The notes under the pieces are model-generated. The model was not told where the DNA came from and did not search any database. It saw only the letters and a list, made by a program, of their open reading frames with translations. From the IMG/VR virus record IMGVR_UViG_3300029732_000280: a stretch of 64,000 nucleotides of DNA. One strand, written 5' to 3'. The position numbers and the translations under genes were made by a program. Shown piece by piece: positions 38,235 through 46,856 of this stretch (positions are counted from its first letter, which is position 1; each line of letters begins with the position of its first letter). This DNA comes from a virus (Duplodnaviria > Heunggongvirae > Uroviricota > Caudoviricetes).

Positions 38235-39860
38235 TCAAAAAACGATCATGTCACGTTCGTCGTAGACGCTTCCCTGCTGCTGACCTTCATTTCGGATGCA
38301 GCGGTCCAGTGCCATGATCGCAGCGACGATACCATCGATCTTCTCCGGCGACTTCGCCTTGGTCGGCTTGATGTTGCCAGCCGGGTCGGTATCCACGACC
38401 ACATTCCCCGCCATCCATGCCATAACCGGATTGCCGCCGTGGATGATCCTGCCTTCCATCAGGAGCTTGTAGAACTCCTTGGTAGGCGGGCTCATATCTT
38501 TAAAGCCCTGACCGAAAGGAACGACTGTGAATCCCATCCCCTCAAGATTCTGGGTCATCTGCACGGCTCCCCATCGGTCAAAGGCAATCTCTAAAATATG
38601 GTAGGTCTTGCCTAGTTCCTCGATGACCTTTTCAATAAATCCGTAGTGGATGACATTGCCTTCTGTCGCCATCAGGTAGCCCTGCTGATACCAGACATCA
38701 TACGGAACGGATGCCCTGCGCACCCGCTGGGGGATCGTATCCTCCGGTATCCAGAAAAACGGAAGCATGATGTACTTCTCCTCTGGAACTCTGGGCGGGA
38801 ACATCAGCACAAAAGCCGTGATATCTCCGGTGCTGGACAAGTCCAGTCCTCCATAACAGTCACGGCCTTTGAGGGCTTCCATATCGATTGGCTGATTGCC
38901 GAGGTTGTAGATGTGTTCCGGTATAAACCGGGTCAGCGAGGACACCCACATATTCAGACGAAGCTGCTTGAATACATTCTCCTCCGCCGGGTTGTCCAGT
39001 GCTTCCTGATACGCATCCCGGACACGCTGGATCTGAATGGTCTGCCCCAATGAGGGATTTGCCTTATACCAGTTGGCTTCATCATGCCAGTCATCCTCAT
39101 CTGTCAGTCCATAGACCACAGGATAAAAGGTGTGGTCGATCTTACGTCCAGCCAGCAGGTCAAGGGCTTTCATGTGGAGCTCGTAGCAGATGCTCTCCTT
39201 GTCCGTGCCGGCCGTGGTGATCAGGAAGAACAACGGCTGCTCACGGGCATCACCGGAACCTTTGGTAAGGACATCGTAGAGTTTTCGGTTTGGCTGAGCA
39301 TGAACCTCATCCAGAACAAGACCTGACACGTTCAGACCGTGCTTCGTACCAACTTCGGCAGACAGAACCTGATAAAATCCTGCGTTCCCGTAGTTCACGA
39401 TGCGCTTGGTGGCTGCCATGATCTTGCACCGTTTCAAAAGTGCCGGGGTCATCTGCACCATCTGGTGGGCAACATCAAAAACAATGGATGCCTGCTGGCG
39501 GTCAGCCGCCGCACCATAGACTTCGGCAGATGGCTCATTATCGGCAAAAAGCAGATACAAGGCCACCGCAGCGGCAAGTTCGGACTTGCCGTTCTTCTTA
39601 CCTATTTCGACATAAGCCGTGCGAAACTGACGGTTTCCCTTTTCATCCACGATGCCGAACACATCCCGGATGATCTGCTCCTGCCAAGGAAGCAGCCAGA
39701 ACCGCTTGCCCGCCCACTTGCCTTTGGTATGACGCAGGTTTTCGATAAAAGTCACTGCCCGGTCTGCTTTTGCGGCATCGTAATGGCAGCTGGGAAGCAT
39801 GAACCGGCTGGGTTTGTAGTCCTTCAGTTTCGGATAGTTTTGGGGTCTGCACTCTGCCAT
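38235..39860 (-). CDS. Terminase large subunit (Terminase_1 family).
   Basis: 541 aa. ATPase region VEIGKKNGKSELAAAVALYLL and a C-terminal nuclease region. Confidence 0.9.
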   Translation of the reverse strand: MAECRPQNYPKLKDYKPSRFMLPSCHYDAAKADRAVTFIENLRHTKGKWAGKRFWLLPWQEQIIRDVFGIVDEKGNRQFRTAYVEIGKKNGKSELAAAVALYLLFADNEPSAEVYGAAADRQQASIVFDVAHQMVQMTPALLKRCKIMAATKRIVNYGNAGFYQVLSAEVGTKHGLNVSGLVLDEVHAQPNRKLYDVLTKGSGDAREQPLFFLITTAGTDKESICYELHMKALDLLAGRKIDHTFYPVVYGLTDEDDWHDEANWYKANPSLGQTIQIQRVRDAYQEALDNPAEENVFKQLRLNMWVSSLTRFIPEHIYNLGNQPIDMEALKGRDCYGGLDLSSTGDITAFVLMFPPRVPEEKYIMLPFFWIPEDTIPQRVRRASVPYDVWYQQGYLMATEGNVIHYGFIEKVIEELGKTYHILEIAFDRWGAVQMTQNLEGMGFTVVPFGQGFKDMSPPTKEFYKLLMEGRIIHGGNPVMAWMAGNVVVDTDPAGNIKPTKAKSPEKIDGIVAAIMALDRCIRNEGQQQGSVYDERDMIVF

Positions 39861-40339
39861 CAGCTTCCACCTCCTCCCAGCAGATTCTCCATCTCATCAG
39901 CTGCATCCGCAGGACCGCCGTCCGAAGCAATGATCCGGCTTCGGGAGGACGGGGTCAGACCGAATTGCTCTGCAAACTTGTTCATGATCTTCAGATAGGT
40001 CTGGGCGATGGACACCTGCGGCACCTGCTGCCAGTACCCGGACGGGGTCTTGACGATAGTGCCGTGCTGGGTGATGAACTCCTCTGCCTCCTTCCATCGG
40101 GCATACGCCTGACAGTAACCGGCAAAGGCCGCCATGTCCACTTCGGTCAGGATGCCGATGGCTTCCATCTGTTTGGCAAGTCTACGCCACTCTTTCTTTG
40201 CTTCCGGCTCCAGCCACTTCGGACAGGCCGGTGCTTTCTTATTGGGCTTCGGTTCGCTGGTGTTCAGCGGATGCTTGCTCGGATTACCTTCCAGTTCCTT
40301 CATGGCGGTCGGCTTTGGTTTTCTGCCTCTGGTAGCCAT
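39860..40339 (-). CDS. Terminase small subunit, P27 family.
   Basis: MATRGRKPKPTAMKELEGNP N-terminus. Start ATG 40339 with RBS AAAGGAGGAG; the longer track ORF lacks an RBS. Confidence 0.8.
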   Translation of the reverse strand: MATRGRKPKPTAMKELEGNPSKHPLNTSEPKPNKKAPACPKWLEPEAKKEWRRLAKQMEAIGILTEVDMAAFAGYCQAYARWKEAEEFITQHGTIVKTPSGYWQQVPQVSIAQTYLKIMNKFAEQFGLTPSSRSRIIASDGGPADAADEMENLLGGGGS

Positions 40340-40530
40340 TGGCATCTCCTCCTTTCTGCAAAAATGGGTAAGGAAAAAGGACCTCCAAAGAAGTCCTCGA
40401 AATATCATTTTCCTAAACAAGAAACTTTTCTGTATAACTAACAAATAGTTTCCCATTTCGGCAACTTTATATAAAACACATCGGATACGAGGCACAGCCC
40501 CTTTTCGGGGCGTGTACCTTTTGGGTGCTG

Positions 40531-40908
40531 TTAGGCGTTGGGGTTGGCTTCCTTCCAAGCCTCGTATTCATCGACCAGCTCCGCTTCCTCGATGACCTGC
40601 CAGACGCTGCAGAAGCGGCTTCTCTGCTGCTCGATCTCCGCTTCCGTCCAGTCTTCCGGCTTGCGGCTCATGTCGTGGTAGGCGTCCATCTCCGCTTTCG
40701 TCCGGAAGAAAAGGATCTGCTTCAGCTTCAGCGTTTCCTCATTGTTACGCAGGCTGTACCGCCTGTCTTCTGCCGCCCTGCAAAGGCTTCCGAGGTCGCT
40801 GCAGCTGAGGGTCATGTCCTGCTTGAAGGCGATCTCGATGCCAATCAGCTTCTTCTCGGTGTCGGCTCCCTGAATGTTCTTAAGGTAGGTTTTTGCTTTG
40901 TTCGTCAT
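40531..40908 (-). CDS. Hypothetical protein (125 aa), accessory-island cassette 1.
   Basis: Start MTNKAKTYLK with RBS ACGGAGGA. Preceded by promoter-leader copy A. Confidence 0.5.
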   Translation of the reverse strand: MTNKAKTYLKNIQGADTEKKLIGIEIAFKQDMTLSCSDLGSLCRAAEDRRYSLRNNEETLKLKQILFFRTKAEMDAYHDMSRKPEDWTEAEIEQQRSRFCSVWQVIEEAELVDEYEAWKEANPNA

Positions 40909-40995
40909 GGTCTGTATCCTCCGTGTGTTTTGTTTTCCGTAGGGCTTTCCCCTTCGTTGTGACTGTATATTACCGTCACTGCCCGGACATAGCAA
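40909..40995 (-). promoter_or_regulatory. Promoter-leader module copy A: TTGCTA-N17-TAATAT then a conserved ~60-nt 5'UTR (ACAGTCAC..CGAAGGGGAAAGCCC..GGAAAACAAAACACACGGAGGA).
   Basis: Seen directly. Family consensus described in findings. Confidence 0.6.
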
Positions 40996-41107
40996 GCGGC
41001 TATGCTGCACGATCATACACACCTCTTTTTGTCGGATTTATGTGTATTTCCACACTGGAAGAATCCACCACTACGAGCAAAAGCCCCCGAAGGAGCTCTG
41101 CCCTTTT

Positions 41108-41392
41108 TCAGTGTGCGTTCCTGATGCACCACTCGATTGCGTGACCGGCATCCGTGTAGGTCTCATCGGAAATCTTCAGAAGTTCCAGCCGGCATTCAAT
41201 CGGTGACCAGCCTTCCTCCGGGTCTTCCACAAAGCCGTATACCGCTCCCTCCAGCATGCCATTCCAGTTCATCTGGGCAACCAGAACCCGGTCACTGAAC
41301 TGCATGATGCTATCGTAGCAAGGTCTGAGCCGGTCGTAGAAGCTCTCGATGCTGATGTTGTTTTCCGGGAAGTCGATCAAATGCTTTTTCAT
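41108..41392 (-). CDS. Hypothetical acidic protein (94 aa), cassette 2.
   Basis: ATG with RBS GGAGGA. Preceded by module copy B and followed by a hairpin plus TTTTGC terminator. Confidence 0.5.
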   Translation of the reverse strand: MKKHLIDFPENNISIESFYDRLRPCYDSIMQFSDRVLVAQMNWNGMLEGAVYGFVEDPEEGWSPIECRLELLKISDETYTDAGHAIEWCIRNAH

Positions 41393-41478
41393 AGTGAATT
41401 CCTCCGTGTTTTCGTTTTTTCCTTGGGGCTTTCCCCTTTCGGTATGTGCATATTACCGTCAGGTGCAGCAGATAGCAA
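41393..41478 (-). promoter_or_regulatory. Promoter-leader module copy B: TTGCTA-N17-TAATAT then the TGCACATACCGAAAGGGGAAAGCCCC leader.
   Basis: Seen directly. Confidence 0.6.
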
Positions 41479-41527
41479 GCGGCTAAAGTACACGATCTTC
41501 TGCCCGGAATACCAAGCAGAATGTACA

Positions 41528-41734
41528 TCACTCTGCATCCTGTTCCATGAGTTCCACAATGGTATCGTAGAAGAACTGCGGGTCATATGCCAGCGGTTCC
41601 CGTCCGGCTTCCTTATCCATCCTGATCTGGTCTTCCACCATATCCTCGGCATCCTCCAGCGTAAAGGCATCCTTATCGCTGTCATCCATGTGGTTGTAGA
41701 TTTCCACGATGACATCCATCATCCGCTCTTCCAT
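41528..41734 (-). CDS. Hypothetical very acidic protein (68 aa, MEERMMDVIVEIYNHMDDSDKD...).
   Basis: ATG 41734 with RBS AAAGGAGAAG. No module copy upstream; instead a TGCCACCCGTGGCA palindrome and a GCCCCTGTGT direct repeat lie upstream. Confidence 0.45.
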   Translation of the reverse strand: MEERMMDVIVEIYNHMDDSDKDAFTLEDAEDMVEDQIRMDKEAGREPLAYDPQFFYDTIVELMEQDAE

Positions 41735-41864
41735 GTGCTTCTCCTTTCTGGCGCATCCACGCCGCCACATCTGCCCCTGTGTTGGACGTTGTCGGTTCAT
41801 TCGGATCGTTTTTTGCCACCCGTGGCACAAGCCCCTGTGTGGGGCTGTGTCGGGGGCTGTCGGT

Positions 41865-42056
41865 TTATCTGGTCATCCGTCCCAGCAGGTAGGCTTCTTC
41901 CATTGCTTTCTGGATGCCCCAGACCGGAACCTCAATGAAGTCCTCGCTGTCATTATCGCGGGCTTCGAGGTCGCCCCGGCTGTCTACCGCTGCCATCAGG
42001 CGCTTGGCGATCTCCAGCAGGGCTTTTTCCTCTTCCTTGGTGATGTTCTTCTTCAT
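41865..42056 (-). CDS. Hypothetical protein (63 aa), cassette 3.
   Basis: ATG with RBS. Preceded by module copy C. Confidence 0.45.
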   Translation of the reverse strand: MKKNITKEEEKALLEIAKRLMAAVDSRGDLEARDNDSEDFIEVPVWGIQKAMEEAYLLGRMTR

Positions 42057-42129
42057 GGTGGTTTCCTCCGTTTTTCTTGGTTTTCCGTTTCGGTATGTGC
42101 ATATTACCGTCTATGTCACACACTATCAA
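42057..42129 (-). promoter_or_regulatory. Promoter-leader module copy C: TTGATA-N17-TAATAT then the TGCACATACCGAAACGGAAAACC leader.
   Basis: Seen directly. Confidence 0.6.
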
Positions 42130-42226
42130 GCGGCTATACTACACAAATATGTTCCCCCGGAACTGTGCGTATTACGGCAGAAGAAAAGGGCCGCCGTTTC
42201 CGGCAAGCCCCATGTGTTTCTCTGGC

Positions 42227-42676
42227 TTAGTAGTCTTCATCGTCCTCGTAATCTTCCTCTTCGTCCCAGTCATCTTCCTCTTCATCCCAGCTGTCATCCT
42301 GGTCTTCTTCCTCATCTTCGAAGTCCCACATATCTTCAGTCGGCTGGTTTCTAAGGTCTGGGTTCTGCTCGACATAGTCGGCAACCGCTCCGCAAAGGAT
42401 GTCCAGAACCTTTTCGTAGGCTTCCTCGCTGTAGACTGCCCAGGCATCTGCAGTCAGCTTTGCGATTTTGTCGTTGCCCTTGACTCCAAGGAACCGCCCT
42501 GCAGGGTTGCAGGTTTCCTTGCCGTAGCCGATGCCCAGCTGGTCGCCATCGTTGTAAAAGCGGTATCCGATGCGGCTCATTGCCCTTACCAGCTCCCCTG
42601 CGAGGCTGTCTGCCTTGCCCGTCTCCGGTACCAGTTCCTTGAAAAGTTTATTGATGCGTTCTTCGTTCTTCGTCAT
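42227..42676 (-). CDS. Hypothetical protein (149 aa) with an extreme poly-acidic C-terminal tail (DEEEDQDDSWDEEEDDWDEEEDYEDDEDY), cassette 4.
   Basis: Start MTKNEERINK with RBS ACGGAGGA. The longer track ORF simply translates the leader (..SDGNIQ..). Confidence 0.5.
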   Translation of the reverse strand: MTKNEERINKLFKELVPETGKADSLAGELVRAMSRIGYRFYNDGDQLGIGYGKETCNPAGRFLGVKGNDKIAKLTADAWAVYSEEAYEKVLDILCGAVADYVEQNPDLRNQPTEDMWDFEDEEEDQDDSWDEEEDDWDEEEDYEDDEDY

Positions 42677-42749
42677 TGTCGTATCCTCCGTTTTTGTTGT
42701 TTTCCCCTTTCGGTGACTGTATATTACCGTCACCTCGGAGCACTATCAA
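42677..42749 (-). promoter_or_regulatory. Promoter-leader module copy D: TTGATA-N17-TAATAT then the ACAGTCACCGAAAGGGGAAAAC leader.
   Basis: Seen directly. Confidence 0.6.
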
Positions 42750-42878
42750 GCGGCTAAACTACACGATCATTCAATCCTGTAATTGTCATATTTATGTGCT
42801 TCTCATGCCAGCTTTCGGAAGACAGACACGAGCAAAAGGCTGGTCATTTCCAGCCCCTTGCGCCTGTCGGTCTTGCCT

Positions 42879-43139
42879 TTAGCGGATGATTTCAAGGTAG
42901 CTTACGTTGCCCCAGCAGTCCGTTCCCTTGAAGCGGATGCGCTTGTCGTTCTCCCTGTCGAGGGTGAATTTCCGCAGGAGCTTCATCTTCTGGATGCGGT
43001 TCAGAAGGTCCTTGCCGTTCTTCGCATCCTCAACGGCATCCCTGATCTCGACCACCGCGCTGTCGCTTCCGTACCAGAGGTTGCTGAGTGCCTCTGGAAT
43101 TCCGTTTGCAATGTAAAGGCTGATTTTTGTGTAGGTCAT
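42879..43139 (-). CDS. Hypothetical protein (86 aa), second gene of cassette 5.
   Basis: ATG with RBS GAGGAG, 11 nt after the upstream gene. Confidence 0.45.
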   Translation of the reverse strand: MTYTKISLYIANGIPEALSNLWYGSDSAVVEIRDAVEDAKNGKDLLNRIQKMKLLRKFTLDRENDKRIRFKGTDCWGNVSYLEIIR

Positions 43140-43150
43140 GTTTTTTCTCC

Positions 43151-43357
43151 TCAGAATGTCATCGTTTCCAGAATCTCATCCATGCCTGTCTCCCAGTCAT
43201 GGCAGCTAAGTTCGATTTTGCTGTACATCTCTGCGCTGTCCGGCTCATCGAAAAGCCGGAAGCATTCTCTTGCCAGCTCCTCGCTGGTGTGCTGCTGGAT
43301 TTCATCCGGCTGTCCATCCAGCCGTGTAAAGATAATCTCGTAAGTGTAGCGTTCCAT
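43151..43357 (-). CDS. Hypothetical acidic protein (68 aa), first gene of cassette 5.
   Basis: ATG with RBS AAAGGGG. Preceded by module copy E. Confidence 0.45.
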   Translation of the reverse strand: MERYTYEIIFTRLDGQPDEIQQHTSEELARECFRLFDEPDSAEMYSKIELSCHDWETGMDEILETMTF

Positions 43358-43416
43358 GTTCTTTGCCCCTTTCGTTTTGGTAGCTGTATATTACCGTCAC
43401 TGCCGGACACTATCAA
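43358..43416 (-). promoter_or_regulatory. Promoter-leader module copy E: TTGATA-N17-TAATAT with a shortened leader.
   Basis: Seen directly. Confidence 0.55.
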
Positions 43417-43497
43417 GCGGCTAAAGTACACGATCATCTGCGCCCTGAACTGGTGGATTTATGCGTTTATCCGGGGAAGTTTCCCTCCCCGTTTTTC

Positions 43498-43674
43498 TTA
43501 GCTGAACATCTCTGCCGTGTCATCGTCGATCCAGAGGTGCATGCCGTCTGCTTCCATGATTGCGTGGTCTTCATGAACCTCGGTGATGATTCCTTCCCGG
43601 CTTCCGCTACCATCGAATTCGTCCCAGTGCCATGTTGTCTTTCTTCCTTTTTTCCATGTTCTCCAATCAGCCAT
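43498..43674 (-). CDS. Hypothetical acidic protein (58 aa), cassette 6.
   Basis: Start MADWRTWKKG with RBS AAAGGAGGA. Preceded by module copy F. Confidence 0.45.
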   Translation of the reverse strand: MADWRTWKKGRKTTWHWDEFDGSGSREGIITEVHEDHAIMEADGMHLWIDDDTAEMFS

Positions 43675-43734
43675 TCTGCTGTCCTCCTTTGCTTTTTGTA
43701 GCTGTATATTACCGTCACTGCCCTGTGATAGCAA
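43675..43734 (-). promoter_or_regulatory. Promoter-leader module copy F: TTGCTA-N17(ending GACGG)-TAATAT with a short leader.
   Basis: Seen directly. Confidence 0.55.
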
Positions 43735-43804
43735 GGCCATAAAACCTCATATTATCAACGATCTTCGTCCCTCATGTTTGGTACATATATGACCCCTGAT
43801 TGAC

Positions 43805-43883
43805 TTGCTATATATGTGTTTCTGCGGCATTATACACACAACGAAAGCAAAGAAAACCAAACCAAAAACGGAGGACAAAAACC
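43805..43883 (+). promoter_or_regulatory. Promoter-leader module copy G on the plus strand (TTGCTATATATGTGTTTCTGCGG-CATTAT ... CAACGAAAGCAAAG...ACGGAGGA).
   Basis: Same architecture in inverted orientation. Drives the plus-strand gene at 43884. Confidence 0.55.
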
Positions 43884-44135
43884 ATGAAAAAGACCATTAC
43901 AGAAGTTGAAAACGCAATCGAAAACCGCATCGCAGAGCTTGAAGAAGAATACGAGCTGGACATTTACGACCGCAACGACATCCGAGAAGAAGAATACCAG
44001 AAAGCCGGATGGCGGCACGACCCTTTCCCAGAGGAACTTGAGGAAGAAGCCGAAGAAGAGGAAGAGGATTGGCACTACCACAGCATGGAGGAACGACTGA
44101 ACGAGGTCGGCATGAGCATGAGGGATTTCTTCTAA
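43884..44135 (+). CDS. Hypothetical very acidic protein (83 aa, EELEEEAEEEEEDWHYH).
   Basis: ATG with RBS ACGGAGGA. Followed by two plus-strand hairpin plus T-tract terminators (about 44148..44200 and 44224..44255). Confidence 0.5.
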   Translation: MKKTITEVENAIENRIAELEEEYELDIYDRNDIREEEYQKAGWRHDPFPEELEEEAEEEEEDWHYHSMEERLNEVGMSMRDFF

Positions 44136-44254
44136 GGAATCCCCAGAGGCTCCCCAGCAGAGGCTGGGGCTCTGCCTCGTATCCCCCGTTTTGGTTTGGT
44201 ATGATACACAAAACCGCTGCCAGATGTTTGTGTACATTATGGCGGCGGTTTTCC

Positions 44255-44330
44255 TTGCTATCGTTGCTTTCCAGAGGTAATATACAGTAAACTGGAAGGG
44301 GGTTCTCATTCTTTTGAGGCCCCCATTTTC
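44255..44330 (+). promoter_or_regulatory. Promoter module copy H on the plus strand (TTGCTA-N17-TAATAT) followed after ~15 nt by a GGGGG-N17-CCCCC hairpin plus ATTTTCC. No downstream ORF with an RBS. Possible short RNA or decaying copy.
   Basis: Seen directly. The downstream plus-strand ORF 44361..44861 lacks an RBS and is antisense to real minus-strand genes. Confidence 0.35.
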
Positions 44331-44333
44331 CGT

Positions 44334-44525
44334 CTAATCGGCTTCGCCCTGTATTGCCTGATGCATCACCCTGCGGTTATGCGCTCTGGCTTTCTTTTTC
44401 AGATTTCTTTTCCATCTGCGGATGGTCATCGCCTTGCAGTGATTTCTCGACCATTCGTATTCATCCAGAATGTATCTGCCGCCGTGTTCCCTCTCGCCAT
44501 AAGCAGGCATCTTCCTGTGTCCCAT
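44334..44525 (-). CDS. Hypothetical small basic protein (63 aa).
   Basis: ATG with RBS AGGAGGAG. Last gene of the GGCT-1 operon. Confidence 0.45.
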   Translation of the reverse strand: MGHRKMPAYGEREHGGRYILDEYEWSRNHCKAMTIRRWKRNLKKKARAHNRRVMHQAIQGEAD

Positions 44526-44596
44526 AGGCTCCTCCTGTTAAACCAAGCCCTCCCGGTCTTTTCTGGCCGAGAGGGTATTTTTCTGATTGTGCTATC

Positions 44597-44968
44597 TTAT
44601 TCCGGCTTCGTTCCGTCATCCATCTGGATGACTGCCATCTGCCCGAACATGCTGACGAATGCCTCCGGCACCCAGAAGCGTTCCCTGAATTTCTGGATGA
44701 GATCCTGGGGCAGCTCTGCGAAATCTTCCTCGCCCAATCCGCAGATGAAGAAGTTCCCCTTGATGGGCTGCTCCAGTTCCGGGATGTATCTGCTGAATGA
44801 CTTCTCAGTGAACAGCCCGTTGTCATCGGTGACCAGGGCGGCGCGTTCTTCCCACGGGTAGGTGGCTGTGATACAGTCGCAGTCGAGGATGCGGTAGAAC
44901 TCTTTCAGGGAGTTTTCAATGTCCACCACCTGCGGATGCTCCATCGGTTTGATCAGAAGAACCTTCAT
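44597..44968 (-). CDS. Hypothetical protein (123 aa), DUF3846-like N-terminus (MKVLLIKPMEHPQVVDIENSL...).
   Basis: RBS GAAAGGAGG. ATGA overlap with the upstream gene. Confidence 0.45.
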   Translation of the reverse strand: MKVLLIKPMEHPQVVDIENSLKEFYRILDCDCITATYPWEERAALVTDDNGLFTEKSFSRYIPELEQPIKGNFFICGLGEEDFAELPQDLIQKFRERFWVPEAFVSMFGQMAVIQMDDGTKPE

Positions 44969-45432
44969 TCGACCCAGCCTCCTTTCACGATTGCCCAGTC
45001 TGCAAGATGCATCTTCTGCTGTCCGCCCCATGCAATGTCCTCTAATGCTTCCTCCGTTCCGCAGCGGTTGCAGATCTGAATGGCCGCCCTTCGGCTGAGC
45101 GCCTGCTGCTGATGGTCGTAGCAGTCAGGCTTTGCTCCGCACCTGGGGCAACGTGGGCCGGTCTGTCGCGTTTTACCAAGGCGGTCGAGCGACACCTTGA
45201 CCTCGGCATCCGTTGCCACACGGTGGCAACTGTCCGCACCGTAGGCAACGTTCAGATGGCTTCCGGTATCCCAACTCACCAAGATGTTTCCGGCATCATC
45301 GACCCCGTTGCAGGTTCCCTGCGTTCCGATGGGCGGTGCCTGCCTGTCATCCATCTCATCGAGAACGATCCGGCATCCGACCGGGAACTCTTTTCTCAAC
45401 TTCTTGACCATTTTCTGATCTGCGAAATTCAT
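44965..45432 (-). CDS. Hypothetical Cys-rich (zinc-ribbon-like) protein (155 aa).
   Basis: CPRCGAKPDCYDH...ICNRCG motifs. RBS GAGGAGGTG. 4-nt overlap with GGCT-1. Confidence 0.45.
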   Translation of the reverse strand: MNFADQKMVKKLRKEFPVGCRIVLDEMDDRQAPPIGTQGTCNGVDDAGNILVSWDTGSHLNVAYGADSCHRVATDAEVKVSLDRLGKTRQTGPRCPRCGAKPDCYDHQQQALSRRAAIQICNRCGTEEALEDIAWGGQQKMHLADWAIVKGGWVE

Positions 45433-45908
45433 GCCTGCACCTCCTCGATCATCTGCTGGGCGGCATCCTTATCCATGCATTCCTTCAGCGCACCTTCGAG
45501 GATGTGCATCGGGAAGTGGAATGCCTTGTAGCCGTCATGCAAAACTTTGTAGTAATACCGGCTCGGTGCGCGGTGTCCGAAGTCATTCTCCATGATATAT
45601 ACCATTGCGGTCACCATCTCCGGTTCTGCCCCTTCCCGGAGCAGTTCGATGTTCAGGTCTTCCTTGCGGTAGTAGTTCGGGTAGCCCTCATAGAGGTCGA
45701 GGTTTCCTTCGTCTCTTTCCGAGATCTCCCACACCAGAACCGGCGTGTTCTTCTTCGGGTTCGGTGCGATGGTGGCGCAGCCGCGGAACAAAAGCTCCCA
45801 GCCGGCCAGCACCGCCTGCCCTGCAATTTTTGCATCCGGGCATCGGTCTGCCATCTGCTCCACCGACAGGTTGCTGCCGTAGGCGATGTAATATTTCTTG
45901 TTCTTCAT
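45429..45908 (-). CDS. GGCT/AIG2-like (gamma-glutamyl cyclotransferase fold) protein, paralog 1.
   Basis: N-terminal YYIAYGSNLSVEQMADRCP matches the YxAYGSNL motif of GGCT-like enzymes. Preceded by module copy I. Confidence 0.6.
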   Translation of the reverse strand: MKNKKYYIAYGSNLSVEQMADRCPDAKIAGQAVLAGWELLFRGCATIAPNPKKNTPVLVWEISERDEGNLDLYEGYPNYYRKEDLNIELLREGAEPEMVTAMVYIMENDFGHRAPSRYYYKVLHDGYKAFHFPMHILEGALKECMDKDAAQQMIEEVQA

Positions 45909-45985
45909 TTGAATCTCTCCCTTCGGTTTTCTCCGCTCTTGTCTGGCGGTATGGTATATATCACTCTTCTGCCCTGATTTATCAA
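45909..45985 (-). promoter_or_regulatory. Promoter-leader module copy I, diverged: TTGATA-N17-GATATAT then ACCATACCG..GGAGAAAACCGAAGGGAG.
   Basis: Seen directly. Confidence 0.5.
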
Positions 45986-46038
45986 GGCCGATGAGCATCA
46001 TATACTGCACAATGTTTTTTGCTTTTGATCGTGTACTC

Positions 46039-46560
46039 TTACATCATCTGCCGCTTCTTCAGATACCGGATGGCTTCCGCCCTTCCGATACTGGCTGCCA
46101 GTCCACGCTTCAGTGTGTCCAGCGGAAACTCCCAGTCGCTGTATCCGCCCTGCAGCAGTTCAAAATACTCGGCATCCGGGCAGCCAAGCCGCCGGTCCTC
46201 GTGCATCACATAAGCGATGCAGGGCTTTGCCTTTTTCATGCGGTTCCCGTTCAGGTTCCAGACCGGAAGCTGGAACTGCTTCTTGTAGTAGTATCGTGGG
46301 CAGCCCTCGTACCGGTCCAGCAGGAGTTCATCGTATTCCGAGAGTTTCCAGACCACCGCAGGTACGCTTTCATTGGCATCCTGCTCGATGGTGGCATAGC
46401 AGCCGGTCTTGCTCTTTTTGAACAGAAGCCGGTAGCCCTTGATCTCGGTCGTGCCGACCACCACAGCGTAGGGGCATCTCTTTCCCATCCGCTCCATGTC
46501 GAGGTTGCTTCCGTAGGCAAGATAATATCTGGATGGGACTCGGCTGATCAACTCAAACAT
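46039..46560 (-). CDS. GGCT/AIG2-like protein, paralog 2.
   Basis: RYYLAYGSNLDMERMGKRCP motif. Start overlaps the stop of the upstream 78-aa gene by 8 nt. Confidence 0.6.
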   Translation of the reverse strand: MFELISRVPSRYYLAYGSNLDMERMGKRCPYAVVVGTTEIKGYRLLFKKSKTGCYATIEQDANESVPAVVWKLSEYDELLLDRYEGCPRYYYKKQFQLPVWNLNGNRMKKAKPCIAYVMHEDRRLGCPDAEYFELLQGGYSDWEFPLDTLKRGLAASIGRAEAIRYLKKRQMM

Positions 46561-46789
46561 CTGCCTCACCGTCCTCCCTGCCAGTGAATTCCACGCCCTG
46601 GAAATCCTCTGTCCCAAGCTCGATCTGGCTGTCCTGCCACCAGTCCTCTGCCACACGCTGTGCTTCCTCCACGGTCGGCTCTTTCATCTCGGATTCATAA
46701 ATGGTCACCGTTCTCTGGTAGGTCTCGGTGATGGTCACCTTAAAGGTTCTGCCACCCGGTGTGTTTTCATTTTTTAACGTGCTTTTCAT
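46553..46789 (-). CDS. Hypothetical small protein (78 aa) between the amidoligase and GGCT-2.
   Basis: ATG with RBS GAAGGAGGTG. Translationally coupled to GGCT-2. Confidence 0.45.
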   Translation of the reverse strand: MKSTLKNENTPGGRTFKVTITETYQRTVTIYESEMKEPTVEEAQRVAEDWWQDSQIELGTEDFQGVEFTGREDGEADV

Positions 46790-46856
46790 AGACCTGCACC
46801 TCCTTCTACCACCTCAAGGGCGGTTGCCCGCCCAAAAGGTGCCCGTGCATCCCGGC

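Noticed and set aside
42733-43740. N-terminal extensions of several accessory-island ORFs in the six-frame track (MTVIYSHRKGK..., MALLSQGSDGNIQ..., etc.).
   Set aside because: These are translations of the conserved promoter-leader module in frame with the downstream gene. The real starts are the internal ATGs 6-9 nt after the ACGGAGGA SD.
44361-44861. Plus-strand 166-aa ORF downstream of promoter copy H.
   Set aside because: It has no RBS and is antisense to two minus-strand genes that have strong RBSs and ATGA coupling. The promoter copy is immediately followed by a hairpin plus T-tract.
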